A DNA stretch of 63,355 nt, filler included, from Octopus bimaculoides (Eukaryota), in the NCBI RefSeq assembly GCF_001194135.2. It is 5 parts of 5 records of this genome, joined end to end, with 100 filler letters (N's around TTAATTAATTAA, not from the genome) between each part and the next. Parts side by side here need not be neighbours in the genome. Positions count along the whole stretch, not along the records: positions 55,522 to 63,355 come from NC_068994.1; 4 more parts are not named here. One strand, written 5' to 3'. Shown here piece by piece: positions 62,085 to 63,355 of this stretch (position 1 is the stretch's first letter; each line of letters opens with the position of its first letter). Position numbers and translations under genes: made by a program. Under the pieces are notes generated by a model that was not told the origin of the DNA, did no database searches, and saw only the letters and a list, made by a program, of their open reading frames with translations.

Positions 62085-62429
62085 TCTCAACCGGGATCCG
62101 CATGACCCTTAAGAATCCATATAAAATTTTGTTGTTGAAATTTATTTGCAATAAATAGGCAATGCTTCTACAATACACGAAATATTTTAACATATTTTAA
62201 TACAGTTTTAATATTTAATTTTTGAAATATTATACACGAGATATTTTAACAATTTTTAATACAATTTTAATAACACGAAATATTTTAACCATTTTTGATA
62301 CAATTTTAATGATATTTAATTACAGAAATATTATAGGACTTTTTAAACATTGAATGAATATGAGGCGGGGCACGCAAGTAAAAGAGGAATTAAAGAGTTC
62401 CATAGACAAAATGTGGTTGAGAACCACTG
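62085..62429. mobile_element. hAT-type MITE remnant with three internal AT-rich repeats
   Basis: ggttgagaaccactg end at 62429; acacga(a/g)atattttaac units at 62175, 62234 and 62273. Confidence 0.5.
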
Positions 62430-63134
62430 GTCTAGACGGTCTAATCCGTCGACTGGTTTGTTACAACTACCTTGTCCTTCATTGCTTTTAGTGGATTCCA
62501 CTCTGTTGCTAGCATTCCCACCAGTCCTCCGTTCGAAGGGTAAGCTCCCCTTTTCTTCCCACTAGACTCAAACGATCGTAGTTGCTACCTTTCTTCTCTG
62601 ACGACGCCATTAAAACTATTACCGTTTATCTTTCACTGTTTAGTGGTTTCAGTCATCAAGCTGCAGTCATGCTGGATAATAATGAATATTTCTAGCATAA
62701 ACACAACTCCAGACATATTGAGAGGTGACAACGTAAATTTTATCGAGTCCAGTACTTCCCTGGTACTTTATTTTTAGGTAACTCTGGAAAACTGCTCAGG
62801 AAGAGAGATAACTAAATATCAAAGAGTACTGAATCCATTGATCAACAGTGTCAGACATCTGGTATTATAGTATTTATATGTTGGTATATCAGACGACTGG
62901 ACTAAATATGAAATGTTGGTAGTTACCGAGATAGTCTATACTCAACTATGGCCCATGCTGACAACTTATTGTAGAGCAGTGGTTTTCGAATTCATATTTT
63001 ATACCTCGATTTATAACATGATCCACTAAGAGGGTGGCGAAGGCAAATACGGTGGCACGTGACATTTAGATTAGCAACAAGAAAAGATAAATATGGAAAT
63101 ATATGTAGGAATGCGTTTGGGTGTGTGTGAAGGG

Positions 63135-63168
<34 letters not shown>

Positions 63169-63279
63169 CGTATACATATATATATACATACAAACATACA
63201 TATACAGAGATACATTTAAAAATCTATGTATTTGCGTGCATATGTGTGCGCAAGCGTGTGTGTGTGCGTGCATATGTAT

Positions 63280-63355
63280 ATGCGCGTGTGCACGTGTGCG
63301 CGTGTGCACGTGTGCGCGTGTGCACGTGTGCGCGTGTGCACGTGTGCGCGTGTGC
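63280..63355. repeat. 16-bp tandem repeat (gtgtgcacgtgtgcgc)n
   Basis: Direct inspection; runs to the window end. Confidence 0.9.

Overview
Repeat-dominated eukaryotic scaffold with N-gaps. The SINE families and the heavy (AT)n/(ATT)n/(GA)n/(CA)n microsatellite load suggest an Octopus-type cephalopod genome (inference, from recall of these repeats). One well-supported host gene: a short BTB/POZ KCTD-type CDS (60818-61240, minus) with a splice acceptor just before the ATG and an upstream E2F/NRF1/ACTACA-type motif cluster. A second minus-strand gene is suggested by a clean 110-nt exon (39776-39885, MDDED...IKVKSEPLDDIK) and several strong donors further upstream. The rest is a TE landscape: four tRNA-derived SINE types, RTE and Tx1-like LINE remnants, a Penelope-like GIY-YIG remnant, mariner, maT (DD37D), hAT and Helitron remnants, and several MITEs with clear TIRs/TSDs. 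The most notable structure is a 681-bp palindrome (34931-35611). Each arm carries a decayed type I hammerhead ribozyme, and CpG loss is one-sided (9-10 vs 0). No prokaryotic-type system, CRISPR array, rRNA or true tRNA was found. Repeat boundaries are read by eye and approximate unless a TIR/TSD is quoted.
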